DNA of 64,000 bases, taken from positions 116,004,001 to 116,068,000 of the forward strand of contig CM059431.1 in NCBI GenBank assembly GCA_030390025.1, in the 5' to 3' direction. The position numbers and the translations under genes were made by a program. Each line of letters starts with the position of its first letter. Within the stretch, counting starts at the first letter, position 1. A model generated the notes under the pieces. That model was given only the letters and a program-made list of their open reading frames with translations, had not been told where the DNA came from and did no database searches. Below, piece after piece: positions 11,343-24,169 of this stretch. This DNA comes from Squalus acanthias (taxonomy: Eukaryota).

Positions 11343-14300
11343 CTTATATTCTATGCCTTGGCTAACGAAGGCAAGTATCCCATATGCCTTTTTAACCACC
11401 TTATCTACCTGTCCTGCTGCCTTCAGGGATCTATGTACATATACACCAAGGTCCCTCTGATCCTCTGTCCTTCCTAGGGTCCTACCATTCATTGTGTATT
11501 CCCTTGCCTTGTTAGTCCTCCCAAAATGCATCACCTCACACTTTTCAGGGTTAAATTCCATTTGCCACTGTTCTGCCCATCTAACTATCCCGTCTATATC
11601 GCCCTGTAGCCTGAGGCTTCCCTCCTCGCTATTTACCACTCCACCAATTCTCGTGTCATCTGCGAACTTACTGATCATACCTCCTACATTCATATCTAAA
11701 TCATTAATGTACACTACAAACAGCAAAGGACCCAGCACCGATCCCTGCGGTACACCACTGGACACAGTTTTCCAGTCACAAAAACAACCTTCAACCATCA
11801 ACCTCTGCCTCCTGCCACTAAGCCAATTTTGGATCCAATGTGCCAAATTGCTCTGGATCCCATGGATTCTTACCTTCTTGACCAGTCTCCCATGTGGGAC
11901 TTTGTCAAAAGCCTTACTGAAGTCCATGCAGACTACATCAACTGCACTACCCTCATCCACACACCCAGTCACCCCCTCAAAAAATTCAATCAATTTGGTC
12001 AGACATGATCTCCCCCTGACAAAGCCATGCTGACTATCCCTGATGAATCCCTGCCTCTCCAAGTGGAGACTAATTCTGTCCCTCAGAACTTTTTCCAATA
12101 ATTTCCCTACCACTGATGTTAGGCTCACTGGCCTGTAATTCCCTGGTTTATCCCTACTACACTTCTTGAACAATGGTACTACGTTAGCTGTTCTCCAGTC
12201 CTCTGGCACCTCCCCTGTGGCCAGAGAGGTTCTGAAAATTTGTGTCAGAGCCCCTGCAATCTCCTCCCTTGCCTCACACAGCAGCCTGCAATACATCCCG
12301 TCTGGGCCTGGGGATTTATCCTTTTTAAGCCCGCTAAAACCGCTAGTACCTCCTCCCTCTCAATACTAATTTGTTCAAGTATATCATAATCCCCCTGCCT
12401 GATTTCTATGCCTACATCACCCTTCTCCATAGTGAACACAAATGCAAAATATTCATTTAAAACCTCACCTACATCTTTCGGCTCTACACACAGATTGCCA
12501 CTTTGGTCCCTAATGGGCCCTACTCTTTCCCTGATTATCCTCTTGCCCTTAATATACTTGTAAAACACCTTGGGATTTTCCTTTATTTTGCCCGCCAGTG
12601 TTTTTTCATGCCCCCTCTTCGCTCTCCTAATTTCTTTTTTAAGTACCCCCTGCACTTTCTATACTCCTCTAGGGCTTCCACTGTTTTTAGTCCTTTGTAT
12701 CTGCCAAAATCCTTCCTTTTTTTCCTAATCCATTCTTGTATATCCCTTGACATCCAGGGCTTCCTCGGCTTGTCGGTCCCACCCTTGACCTTTACGGGAA
12801 CATGTTGGAGTTGTACTCTCTCCATTTCCTTTCTGAAAGACTCCCATTGCTCTGATGTGGATTTTCCTACAAGTAGCTGATCCCAGTCCATTTTGGCCAG
12901 ATCCTGCCTTATCATATTAAAATTGGCCTTCCCCCAATTTAGAACCTTTATTTCCAGTCCATCTTTGTCCTTTTGCATGACTACCTTAAATCTCACTGAA
13001 TTATGGTCACTGTCACCAAAATGCTCTCCTACTGACACTTCTACCACTTGCCCGGCTACATTCCCTCGAATTAGGTCCAGTACCGCCCCCTCTCTTGTAG
13101 GACTTTCTGCATGCTGGCTCAAAAAGCTCTCCTGGATGCACTTTAAGAATTCCGCACCCTCTAAACCTTTCACACTCTGACTATCCCAGTTAATATTGGG
13201 GAAGTTGAAATCCCCTACTATTATTACCCTATTATTTCTACACTTCTCTGAGATTTGCCTACATATCTGTTCCTCTGTCTCCCCCTGACTGTTTGGGGGC
13301 CTATAGTACACTCCCAGCAAAGTGCTTGCCCCCTTTTTGTTTTTAAGTTCTACCCATATGGCCTCATTAGAGGAACGTGCTAAGATATCATCCCTCCTTA
13401 CAGCAGTAATTGACTCCTTGATTAATATTGCGACACCCCCTCCTCTTTTACACCCCACTCTGTCTCGCCTGAAGATTCTATACCCCGGAATATTGAGCTG
13501 CCAGTCCTGCCCCTCCCTCAACCATGTCTCTGTGATAGCAACAATATCATACTCCCATGTGTTCATCAACACCTTCAATTCATCTGCCTTACTCGCAAGA
13601 CTCCTTGCATTAAAATAAATGCCATCCAGCCTTGCCATACTCCCTTGTGCTGTTACATATTTGCTCTGCCTTCCAGGCTGACTTGTTTTTTCCTCTATAT
13701 TTGGCTGTGCATCACTCCCTACTATAGCTCCACTCCGTATCCCATCCCCCTGCCAAGTTAGTTTTAACCCCCCCAACAGTACTACCCGCAAGGATGTTGG
13801 TCCCGTTCCAGTTCAGGTGTAACTCGTCCGACTTGTACAGGTCCCACCTTCCCCAGAAGCAGACCCAGTGATCCAGGAAACTAAAGCCCTCCCTCCTTCA
13901 ACAACTCTTTAGCCACGCATTCATCTGCTCTCTCCTCCTATTCCTATACTCGCTAGCACGTGGCACCGGGAGTAATCCAGAGATTACAACCTTTGAGGTC
14001 CTGCTTTTTTATCTGCTACCTAGCTCCCTAAATTTTTGTTGCAGGACCTCATCCCTCTTTCTACCCATGTCGTTGGTACCAATGTGAACCACGACCTCTG
14101 ACTGTTTGCCCTCCCCCTTCAGAATGCCCTGCAGCCGTTCAGTGACATCCTTGACCCTGGCACCAGGGAGGCAACATACCAACCTGAGGTCACATCTGCG
14201 GCCACAGAAACGTCTATCTGTTCCCCTTACGATAGAATCCCCTGTCACTATTGCTTTCCCACTCTTTTTCCTCCCCTCCTGTGCAGCTGAGCCACTCATA

Positions 14301-14643
14301 GTGCCACGGACTTGGCTCTTGCTGCATTCCCCTGAGAAACCATCTCCCCCATCAGCATCCAAAATGGAAAATCTGTTGGAGAGGGAGATGGACCCAGGGG
14401 ACTCCTGCACTACCTTCCTAGTTCTTTTACTCTGTGTGTCTTTTATGGTGATCTACAAACATTTATGTGCTACTGCCTCACTGGATTTTTCAATCCCCAG
14501 CCAAGCATGATACAGGCCAAGCTCTCTAGCTAAGGCTTTCCTGTGCCAGTAGCCTTATACAAAATACCTGAGCATATCTGACACACAACTGATTCAGCCA
14601 TCCATCACCAGATCTGGCTCAACCACATGAAGCATTATCATCT

Positions 14644-14826
14644 ATGGAGAAAGCAACAGAGTTAACGTTTCAGGTCGATGATCTTTCATCAGAACAGATG
14701 AAAGGTCATCGACCTGAAACATTAACTCTGTTTCTTGCTCCACAGATGCTGCCTGACCAGCTGCGTATTTCCAGCATTTTCAATTTTTATTTTAGATTTC
14801 TAGCATCCGCAGTACTTTGCTTTTGT
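14644..14826 (+). mobile_element. Penelope-derived fold-back element, family A
   Basis: Inverted arm 14644-14695 followed by a forward copy of the terminal repeat seen at 54970-55073. Confidence 0.8.
14660..14695 (-). ncRNA. Minimal hammerhead ribozyme motif (family A), one helix II mismatch
   Basis: Reverse strand reads gtt-CTGATGA-a-AGATC(atc)GACCT-GAA-ACGT-T-aac. Confidence 0.6.
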
Positions 14827-16170
14827 TCAAGTGTTACCTTGCCTCACACTCCCCTGTCAAAACCGCCAGTACTCCAGGATAATCCTGTGCTCCCTCCACC
14901 TTCACCTCCAATAACAAGTACGAGAATGTCCTCATCATGGACTTCTTTGTCACTAAAATTGAGAGCATCTGTTCAGCTACCTCTGATGTTTCCCTCCCTC
15001 CTTGCCCTTGCCCTCCAAGTCAAACCTCTCCCGAGATTTCACCTCCGTCTCCTGCGCACTGAAGCTAATTCCCACTAAACTGCTGACCATTGACTTCTCT
15101 GCCCGGCCCCATGCCAGCTTACTTTGTAAGTGGTTCCCTTTCTTCAGGTATTGTACCCCTGCCCTAGCCTACAACCTATGTCTCCTTCTAGTTTCTCTCC
15201 AAGCTCCTCTCATTCATTAGACTTACCTCCTGCTTCCTTGGCCCCATTTCAACTAAGTGCTATCACCAACTTCCCTTCCTGGCATCGACACTAGCTGACA
15301 TTGTAAATGTTTCCCTGTCCTTAGGTACTGTCTCCCTTCCTTTCAAAAGCATTGATATCATCTTCTTCCTCAAAAGCGACCCTTGTCTCTTTTGTTCTTG
15401 AAAACTATTGACCCATCTCCAAGCTCCCTTTTATCTCCAAAGTGAATGTACTGTCAACTCCCAAACCATGCCCATCTTTCCCACAACTCATTGTTTGAAC
15501 CTCTTTAATCATGTTTCCACCCATGCCACAGCAGCAAATATCACAAATGACATCCTCTATGTCTGTGGCTTTGGTGTAATATCCCTTCTCATCCTCCTTA
15601 ACCTCTCTTCAACCTTTGACATAGTCAACAACACCATCTCTCTCCAACGCCTCTCTTCAATTGTTTAACTGCCCTCGCAGGTTCCACGCTTATCTAATTG
15701 TAGCCAGAGCATCTCAAGCAATGGCTTCTTTACCCACTCCCACACCATGATAATAATAATGATATAATTGATGTTCATTTCATATCTTTGGCCCCCGCCT
15801 TCTCCTCATCTATATGTTGTCCTTTGGCGACATCATCCGCAGACATGTGGTCAACTTCCTCATATGCTAATAACATGGAAATCTCACTCTTCACAATCAC
15901 TCCACTGCCTCTGTGTTGTCTGACTGCTTGTCCGATATCCAATCTTGAAGGAGCTGCAATTTCTTCCAGTTAAACATTGGGAAAACCAAAGCCATCCTCA
16001 CAAATTCAGTGCCCTTACCATCAATTCCATCTCTCTCCCTGGTCATTGTCTCAGACTGAACCAGGCTGAGCTTCCCATCCAATATCCTCTTTGTCACAAA
16101 AACTACTTACGTCCATCTCTGTAACATCACTTGCCTCCACTCTTACCTCAGCCCATTTGCTGCTGAAACC

Positions 16171-19100
16171 ATAGAACATAGAAACATAGAAGATAGGAGC
16201 AGGAGTAGGCCATTCGGCCCCTCGAGCCTGCTCCGCCATTTAATGAGATCATGGCTGATCATCCAAATTTAGTACCCTGTCCCTGCTTTCTCCCCATATC
16301 CCTTGATCCCTTTAGCCTTAAGAAATATATCTAACTCCTTCTTGAATATATTTAATGAATTGGCCTCAACTGCCTTCTGTGCTAGAGAATTCCACAGGTT
16401 CACCACTCTCTGCGTGAAGAAATTCCTCCTCATCTCGGTCCTAAATGGCTTACCCCTTATCCTTAGACTGTGACCCCTGGTTCTGGACTCCCCCGCCATC
16501 TGGAACATCCTTCCTGCATCTAGTCTGTCTAGTCCTGTTAGAATGTTATAAGTTTCAATTAGATCCCCTCTCATTCTTCTAAACTGTTGCGAATACAAGC
16601 CCAATCGTCCCAATCTCGCTTCATACGTCATTCCTGCCATCCCAGGTATCAGTCTGGTGAATCTTCGCTGCACTCCCTCCATGGCAAGAACATCCTTCCT
16701 CAGATAAGGTGACCAAAACTGCACACAATACTCAAGGTGTGGTCTCACCAAGGCCCTGTACAACTGCAGCAAGACATCCTTGCTCCTGTACTCGAATCCT
16801 TTCGCTATGAAGGCCAACATACCATTTGTCTTCTTAACCGCCTGCTGCGCCTGCATGCTTCCCTTCAACGACTGGTGCACAAGGACTCCCAGGTCTCGTT
16901 GCACTTCCCCTTTTCCCAATCTATTGCGGTTCAGATAATAATCTGCCTTCCTGTTTTTGCCACCAAAGTGGATAACCTCGCATTTATCCACATTATACTG
17001 CATCTGCCATGCATCTGCCCAATCACCCAACTTGTCCAAATCATACTGGAGTTTCTCTGCATCCTCGTAACAACACACACGCTCACCCAGCTTTGTGTTG
17101 TCTGCAAACTTGGAGATATTACATCTAGTTCCCTCGTCTAGATCATTAATATATATTGTGAATAACTGGGGTCCTAGCACCGATCCCTGCGGTACCCCAC
17201 TAGTCACTGCCTGCCACTCGGAAAAGGACCCGTTTATTCCAACTCTTTGCTTCCTGTCTGCCAACCAGTTCTCTATCCAAGTCAGTACCTTACCCCCAAT
17301 CCCATGTGCTTTTACTTTGCACACTAATCTCTTATGCAGGACTTTATCGAAAGCCTTCTGAAAGTCCAAATACACCACATCCACTGGTTCTCCCTTATCT
17401 ATTCTACCAGTTACATCCTCAAAAAATTCCAGTCGATTAGTCAAGCATGATTTATCTTTTGTAAATCCATGTTGAGTTTGTCCGATCCTTTCACTGTTTT
17501 CCAAGTGCTCTGCTATTACATCTTTTATAATGGACTCTAGCATTTTCCCCACTACCGATGTCAGGCTTACCGGTCTATAATTCCCCATTTTCTATCTCCC
17601 ACCTTTTTTAAATACTGGGGTTACATTAGCTACCCTCCAATCCATGGGAACTGTTCCAGAGTCTATAGAATTTTGGAAGATGACCAGCAATGCATCTACT
17701 ATTTCTAGGGCCACTTCTTTAAGTACCCTAGGATATAGATTATCAGGCCCTGAGGATTTATCGGCCTTCAATCCTGTCAATTTCCCTAACACCATTTCCC
17801 TACAAATATTGATTTCATTCAGTTCTTCCCTCTCATTAGACCCTATGTTCCCCGACATCTCTGGAAGGTTATTTGTGTCCTCCTTTGTGAAGACAGAACC
17901 AAAGTATGTATTTAATTGGTCAGCCATTTCTTTGTTCCCCATTATAAATTCCCCTGATTCTGCCTGCAAGGGACCTACACTTGACTTCACAAATCTTTTT
18001 CTCTTCACATATCTTTAGAAGCTTTTACAGTCAGTTTTTATGTTCCCTGCAAGCTTACTCTCATACTCTATTTCCCCCCTCTTAATTAATCCCTTTGTCC
18101 TCCTTTGCTGAATCCTAAACTGCTCCCAATCCTCAGGTTTGCTGCTTTTTCTGGCCAATTTATAAGTCCTCTCCTTGGATCTTATGCTATCCCTAATTTC
18201 CCTTGTTAGCCATGGTTGAGTCACCTTTTTTGTTTTATTTTTATGCCAAACAGTGATGAACAAATTCTGTAGTTCATCCATGTGATCTTTAAATGTTTGC
18301 CATTGCCTATCCACCATCAACCCTTTAAGTAACGTTCCCCAATCCATCCTAGCCAATTCACGCCTCATACCATCATAGTTTCCTTTATTTAAATTCAGGA
18401 CCCTAGTCTCTGAGTCAACTACTTCACTCTCCATCTTAACGAAGAATTCTATCATATTATAATCGCTCCTCCCCAAGGGGCCTCGCACAACAAGATTGCT
18501 AATTAATCCTTTCTCATTACATAATACCCAATCTAAGATAACCTGATCTCTAGTTGGTTCCTCAACATATTGGTCCAGGAAACCATCCCGTATACACTCT
18601 AGGAATTCCTCCTCCACAGTATTGTTACTAATTTGGTTATCCCAATCTATATGTAGATTAAAGTCACCCACGATAACTGCTGTGCCCTTATTGCACACAT
18701 CTCTAATTTTCCATTTAATGCCATCCCCAACCTCAGCATTACTGTTTGGGGGTCTGTATACAACTCCCACTAACGTTTTCTGCCCCTTGGTATTTCTCAG
18801 CTCTACCCATACAGATTCCACATCATCAGAGCTAATATCCTTCCTTACTATTGTGTTAATCTCCTCTTTAACCAGCAATGCTACCCCACCTCCTTTTCCT
18901 TTGTAACAACAGAAAACGCTGGAAAAACTCAGCTGGCCTGCTGAGTTTTTCCAGCGTTTTCTGTTGTTATTTCGGATTTCCAGCATCTGCAGTATTTTGC
19001 TATCCTTTTCCTTTGTGCCTGTCTTTCCTGAATACTGAATACCCCTGGATGTTGAATTCCCAGCCTTGGTCACCTTGGAGCCATGTCTCCGTAATCCCAA

Positions 19101-19532
19101 TTATATCATATCCGTTTACATCTATTTGCACAGCTAATTCATCCACCTTATTAAGAATGCTCCTCGCATTAAGACACAAAGCCTTCAGGCTTGTTTTTTT
19201 AACACTCTTAGACCTTTTAGAATTATTATTTACTGTGTCCATGTTTGATTTACATCCTTGATTTCTCTGACTGCCACTTTTGCTTTTCTGCTTCCTGTCT
19301 TTTGCTTCTATCCTAGCTGCCCTTTCCTCTGTCTCCCTGCACAGGTTCCCAACCCCCTGCCATTTTAGTTTAAACCCTCCCCAACAGCACTAGCAAACAC
19401 TCCCCCTAGGACATCAGTCCCGGTCCTGCCCAGGTGCAAACCATCCAGTTTGTACTGGTCCCACCTCTCCCAGAACCGGTTCCAATGTCCTAGGAATTTG
19501 AATCCCTCCCCCTTGCACCATTCTTCTAGCCA
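16171..19532 (-). mobile_element. CR1 LINE (ORF1 C-terminus plus whole ORF2 with stops)
   Basis: ORF1 end (DGLHL..GEGLN*), APE 18015-19242, linker 17592-18008, RT 16269-17588. Same 3' end as 4824-6255 and 59545-60172. Confidence 0.95.
18905..19002 (+). mobile_element. Short family A Penelope-derived fold-back insertion in the CR1 endonuclease region
   Basis: Inverted arms of about 30 bp. 14-bp TSD TCCTTTTCCTTTGT at 18891-18904 and 19003-19016. Confidence 0.85.
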
Positions 19533-20589
19533 CACCCTCATCCTTGCCTTGGTCACCTCTAGACTAGATTAGACTCGACTATTCCAATGTTCTCTTGGCC
19601 GGTCTCACATCCTCCATGCTTCACAAACATCAGTTCATCCAAAACTCTGCTGTCTGTATCCTATTTCGCACCAAGTTTCGCTCACCCATCACTCTTGTCC
19701 TCACTCACCTACATTGGCTCCCAGTCCCCCAGTGCCTCCAACTTAAAATTCTATAAAAAAATTATAAAATTGTAGTTTTAAATCTCTTTATGGCCTCATC
19801 ATTCCCTATTTCTGTAACCTCCTCCAGCCCTACAACTCCAGCTGTGCATTCAGCCACCAAGTCCCCATGCTCTGCAGTTCCCTTCCTAAATCCTTCCGCT
19901 TCTCCACCTCCTTCTCTTCATTTAATACCCTCCTTAAAGCACACCTCTGATCAAACTTTTGCTCACCCCTCTTAATATCTCGTTCTTTGGCTCGGCATCC
20001 ATTTATTTTATGGCTCTGTGAAGCTCTTAGGTACATTTTTCTACATTAAAAGTCCTATATAAATGCAAGTTCTTATTGTAGAGAGAGGGACACCCACTTC
20101 AAAATTCAGCCCATGAGCTACAGATGCACCTGTAGCAAGAGATCAACACAACTCTACTTTTCTTACCTTTCTCACAAAATTGGGGTCAATGTTTCACATA
20201 TGTGTGCCTTATAGTTATAACATTGTTTCATCTACCAGTTCTCTTTCACAAATCGGTTAGGGCACACAAAAGATACTGACGTCGGTATCATTAAATCAGT
20301 TTGTGAGTTGTGGGAATGCATCAAATATGGGTCTTTAGAGGATCATACTGGGAACATATCACTAAGTGTTCAGTCTGAAGAAAATCTGAATGATATAACC
20401 CGTTAGTACTGAATAATTAAACCCTCACTAGGCTTTGAGTTGAAATTTTAATTGCCTTTAAACAGTATTCATTTCAGTTCTCATTTCCTTCCCAGTACTA
20501 AACCTTGTTATGCTGAATATATGAGTTTCCCTCCTTTCTCATTGCTCTGACTACTTAGCAAAGAATATTTTTTCTGAGTAAATAATTTA

Positions 20590-21145
20590 CACTGAGAGAG
20601 TGCATGATCAAAGGTGCTGTCTTTGTAGTCACACCTTAAACTGACACTTCTGTCTGTTCAGGTGTATGTAAAAGATTCCATGACATCAGTCAAAGAAGAG
20701 CAGGAGAGTTCTCCCAATGTCCTGGCCAACAATTATCCATCAACCAACATCAACAGATAGATTATTGTGTTATAAAAGCAGAAAATGCTGGAAATACTCA
20801 GCAGGTCAGGCAGCATCTGTGGAGAGAGAAACAGAGTTAACGTTTCAGGTCAATCGACCTGAAACGTTAACTCTGTTTCTCTCTCCACAGATGCTGCCTG
20901 ACCTGCTGAGTATTTCCAGCATTTTCTGTTTTTATTTCAGATTTCCAGCATCCACAGTATTTTGCTTTTGTATTAGATTATTGTGTTATTTTTCTCATTG
21001 CTGTTTGTGGGACCTTGCTGCACATAAATTGGCTGTCATGTTTGCCTACATAACACCGATGACTACACTTCAAAATTAATTGATTGGCTGTATGTCACTT
21101 TGGGACATCCTGAGGTCATGAAATACTATATAAATGCAAATTCTT
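20590..21145 (+). mobile_element. DeuSINE (SacSINE1-like), interrupted at 20774-20973
   Basis: Deu-domain-like gtaaaagattccatg..gaagagcaggagagttctcc..gtcctggccaac and the same tail as 25198-25645. Confidence 0.75.
20774..20973 (+). mobile_element. Family A Penelope-derived fold-back element
   Basis: Near-perfect inverted arms of about 78 bp centred at ~20853. 16-bp TSD TAGATTATTGTGTTAT at 20758-20773 and 20974-20989. Confidence 0.88.
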
Positions 21146-22369
21146 TTGTTCTTCCTTTTCTTTCCTTCCTTCCTTCCTTAAGTTTCCTCTGTACCACACA
21201 GGGTTGTTCAATTGAGAGTGCAAGCAGGTGAGCTCTTACCAGGTCTTCTCTTATGCTGCTCGTGATCTGGCTCTTCAGTATTGTATTATACTGCTGCAGT
21301 TAACTCCCATCTCTGTTTTTCCAAAGGCACTCAACACATCAGTGCAATGTTACCCTGTTACTAGGCTTTTTGGCCTAGAAATTGGGAATGATACCTGCGC
21401 CTCATTTACATCAGACCAGCGGGCTGCAGACACCTGCTGGGCGTCCCCAGGCAGCTCCCTGGCAAAGATGATTTGAACCTGAGGCCGCTGCGCACTAGAG
21501 CCCTCTCGCAGATCTTGAAAGAGAAGTGGTAAGTGATTGGGAGTGAGGGTGATGAGTAGGAGAGAGGAGGAAGTGATTGGGAGTGAGGAGTGGTCAGGAG
21601 CGGGTATAAGCGATCAGGGGAGGGACGGGGGCAATAGGGAGAGGGCCGGTGGCAGTTGATCAGGATTGGGGGGTGGGGGTAACTGGTGGCTGGTAGCAGC
21701 AGCCCGTGGTTTTAAAACTGTAAAACTGATTTAAAACAGACAGAAAATGTTCAATTCGGAGACACAATTCCACTACTATTAATGTAGGTTGTGGAAGATA
21801 AGCTAACATCTGAACCTCATTTATTGTCAACTAACGCATTCACAATTGCACCTGGAGTGACTCCAGAAAGCTCACCCCAAGTTCTACAGCAGTTCTCAGG
21901 TCTTTGAAATCCAATTCCACAGGCAAAGGGGAATAGCAACAGTACAGTGACTTGGGTTAGTTTATATTATTTTGCCAGTAGGCATGCAGAGGGGCCAAAG
22001 ATTTACATCAGGTATTCATCCAGGAAGGTCCACATCCTGCATTTGATAAATAAGCTCAGACAAATTAAAATAAAGGCTCTGTGGTAGTTTATCAGCTATC
22101 CACTTAATATGTTCATTCACTGAATCCATTAAGAGATTGCTGTTAGTCAGTTCATCCATAAACATTTGAAGGATAGTTATGGTAAAAGGAGTAAGCTATA
22201 ATAAATCTGTATTGCAAATACATTTTCTGAACTACACTTTCAGTGGACTACCTGTTCCTGAGCAGGAAACGCATTCTAGTTGCATGACACGGGAAACAAA
22301 TTAAGAGGATGATATAGAATATCAATTTGTTATTTTGATGATATTCGCGCTCTTTGAGGGATGTTAGTG

Positions 22370-22560
22370 CCTGTGTCAAGTACTCCCAGGTTAGGTAAAG
22401 CAAGCTAGATATAAAGTAAATCTCCCAATACTCTGCTTCAATAACATGCTTCAGCCTCAAATTCAGAAGAGTACACCAGTATGATTTTTTGTATTTCCCA
22501 TGCCGCCCATCCTTTTGGCTTCTTTAAGCAAGATTGCCAGGTTAGTGCCAATTTGTGCAT
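22370..22560 (-). mobile_element. SINE fragment, same family as 55071-55385 (LF-SINE-like)
   Basis: Shares agtaaa.ctccc and caccagtatga..catgcc..ccatcc with 55090-55200. Reverse strand has cacaaattggcactaa. Confidence 0.45.
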
Positions 22561-22748
22561 ATTGTAAAAATTGCTTTACCTTCAATCAAACATTTTACTG
22601 TTATTAAATTGGCGTCAAAAATTATTTAAAAAGTAGGCACAAAATTCACTCACTGACAGTGCATAATGGAAATTCATGTGCAAGCTGTTGACCATTTTCC
22701 GCCAGAAAGGGGTTGTGCGACCCTGAATTTCTGATACGCACTTGTGAT

Positions 22749-23405
22749 GACAGGTAGATAAGGTGGTTAAAAAGGCATATGGGATACTTGCCTTCATTAG
22801 CCGAGGCATAGAATATAAGAGCAGGGAGGTTATGATGGAGCTGTACAAAACGCTAGTTAGGCCACAGCTGGAATACTCTGTGCAGTTCTGGTCACCACAC
22901 TATAGGAGGGATGTGATTGCATTGGAGAGGGTGCAGAGGAGATTCACCAGGATGTTACCTGGGCTGGAGCGCTTCAGCTATGAAGAGAGACTGGACAGGT
23001 TGGGGTTGTTTTCCTTAGAGCAGAGAAGGCTGAGGGGGGATCTGATTGAGGTGTACAAAATTATGAGGGGCATAGATAGGGTAGATAGAAAGGAACTTTT
23101 CCCCTTAGTAGAGGGGTCAATAACTAGGGGGCATAGTTTCAAGGTAAGGGGCAGGAGGTTTAGAGGGGATTTGAGGAAAAACTTTTTCACCCAGAGGCTG
23201 GTTGGAAACTGGAACTCACTGCCTGAAAGGATGGTAGAGGCAGGAACCCTCACAACATTCAAGAAGCATTTAGATAAGCACTTGAAATGCCATAGCATAC
23301 AAGGCTACGGACCAAGTGCTGGAAAATGGGATTAGAATAGACAGGGCTTGATGGCCGGCGCGGACACGATGGGCCGAAGGGCCTCTTTCTGTGCTGTATA
23401 ACTCA
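22749..23405 (+). mobile_element. 5'-truncated CR1 LINE (same subfamily as 10508-14430)
   Basis: ORF 22763..23335 ending GYGPSAGKWD*. 3' UTR almost identical to the reverse complement of 10510-10600. Tail resumes at 24047. Confidence 0.93.
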
Positions 23406-23407
23406 TT

Positions 23408-24046
23408 GGGCTGGATTTTGAATGACCCATGGAGTCGGGTTTGGAGGCGTGTGGGGGGTTAAGTTTGCGGGGTCGGTGTTTCCGACCCCATCCCGACTCC
23501 ATCCCGCCTCCACGCAATTTTGACAAAATCAGTCGCGGGGTTCCCGACTCTCTCCCGCCTCCAAGAGGCGGGAGAGGCCATTAAAGCCCTTAACAAGCCC
23601 TAAATTGGGTCTGTAATACTATTTTGAAACGTTGTAGCTAGTTTAACCCTTTTCTGACGTGAAGCACGCCTGGTGTGAAACACTCCAGTGAAACCTGGCG
23701 GGAGCACAAGTGGATAGCTGACTATCAGCTGCAAGTCCACTATTACAACGGAGATGTGATGAAGGTAGTAGTAGTATTAGGTGTGAAAGTCGCCTCTGAT
23801 ACTGCTACATTCAATGTCATGGAATTTGGTGTAAGAGGACTTGGATGCAAAAAATTCTCTCTCTCTCATCAGAGGCGGGTTTCAGACTGAAACCACTAAT
23901 TAGTTCATGGGTTCCCACATGCTGCAACTCAATTGCCCAATTAAGTGAAAATTGCATCATGCATCCACATTAATCTGGAGTCGGGGGGGGATACACGAAA
24001 TGCGGATTACACGACCCCAACCCGACCCCAAGACAAAATCCAGCCC
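23408..24046. mobile_element. Harbinger-type MITE inserted in a CR1 tail
   Basis: Perfect 13-bp TIR GGGCTGGATTTTG / CAAAATCCAGCCC. No coding capacity. Confidence 0.85.
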
Positions 24047-24169
24047 TATGACTCTATGAGCAAAGCTCCCTGCTGCAAGTGCAAAATTGGAATATTGTAC
24101 TGATAGTGTTGTATGGCTGGGCTCGTTTCATTCATTCAACTCATTGTAAGTTCAAGCTCAATGTCAGAA

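Larger units (their letters stand above)
10508..14430 (-). mobile_element. Near full-length CR1 LINE (ORF1 esterase plus ORF2 APE-RT), frameshifted
   Basis: ORF1 SGNH-esterase motifs GDSIVR/CLPGA/HIGTND (14009-14410). APE endonuclease YFNARS/ITETW/YRPPNS/GDFN/SDH (12583-13650). RT 11343-12296 and 10590-11117. (CTCTATGA)n tail at ~10509. Confidence 0.95.
14830..20080 (+). mobile_element. Decayed L2-clade LINE split by a CR1 (pieces 14830-16170 and 19533-20080)
   Basis: ..gctgctgaaacc (16170) resumes as ctcatccttgcc (~19537), as in the uninterrupted copy at ~63170. 3' end ctatataaatgcaag. Confidence 0.75.

Noticed and set aside
18015..19100. 361-aa ORF with an unusual N-terminus
   Set aside because: CR1 endonuclease frame-shifted by the 98-bp fold-back insert plus its TSD.
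20167..20374. Possible minus-strand host exon (good-looking acceptor and donor)
   Set aside because: Stops in all three frames. No support as a coding exon.
20755..20975. Long hairpin as a pre-miRNA or intact ribozyme
   Set aside because: It is a TSD-flanked Penelope-derived insert, and this copy lacks CUGANGA on both arms.
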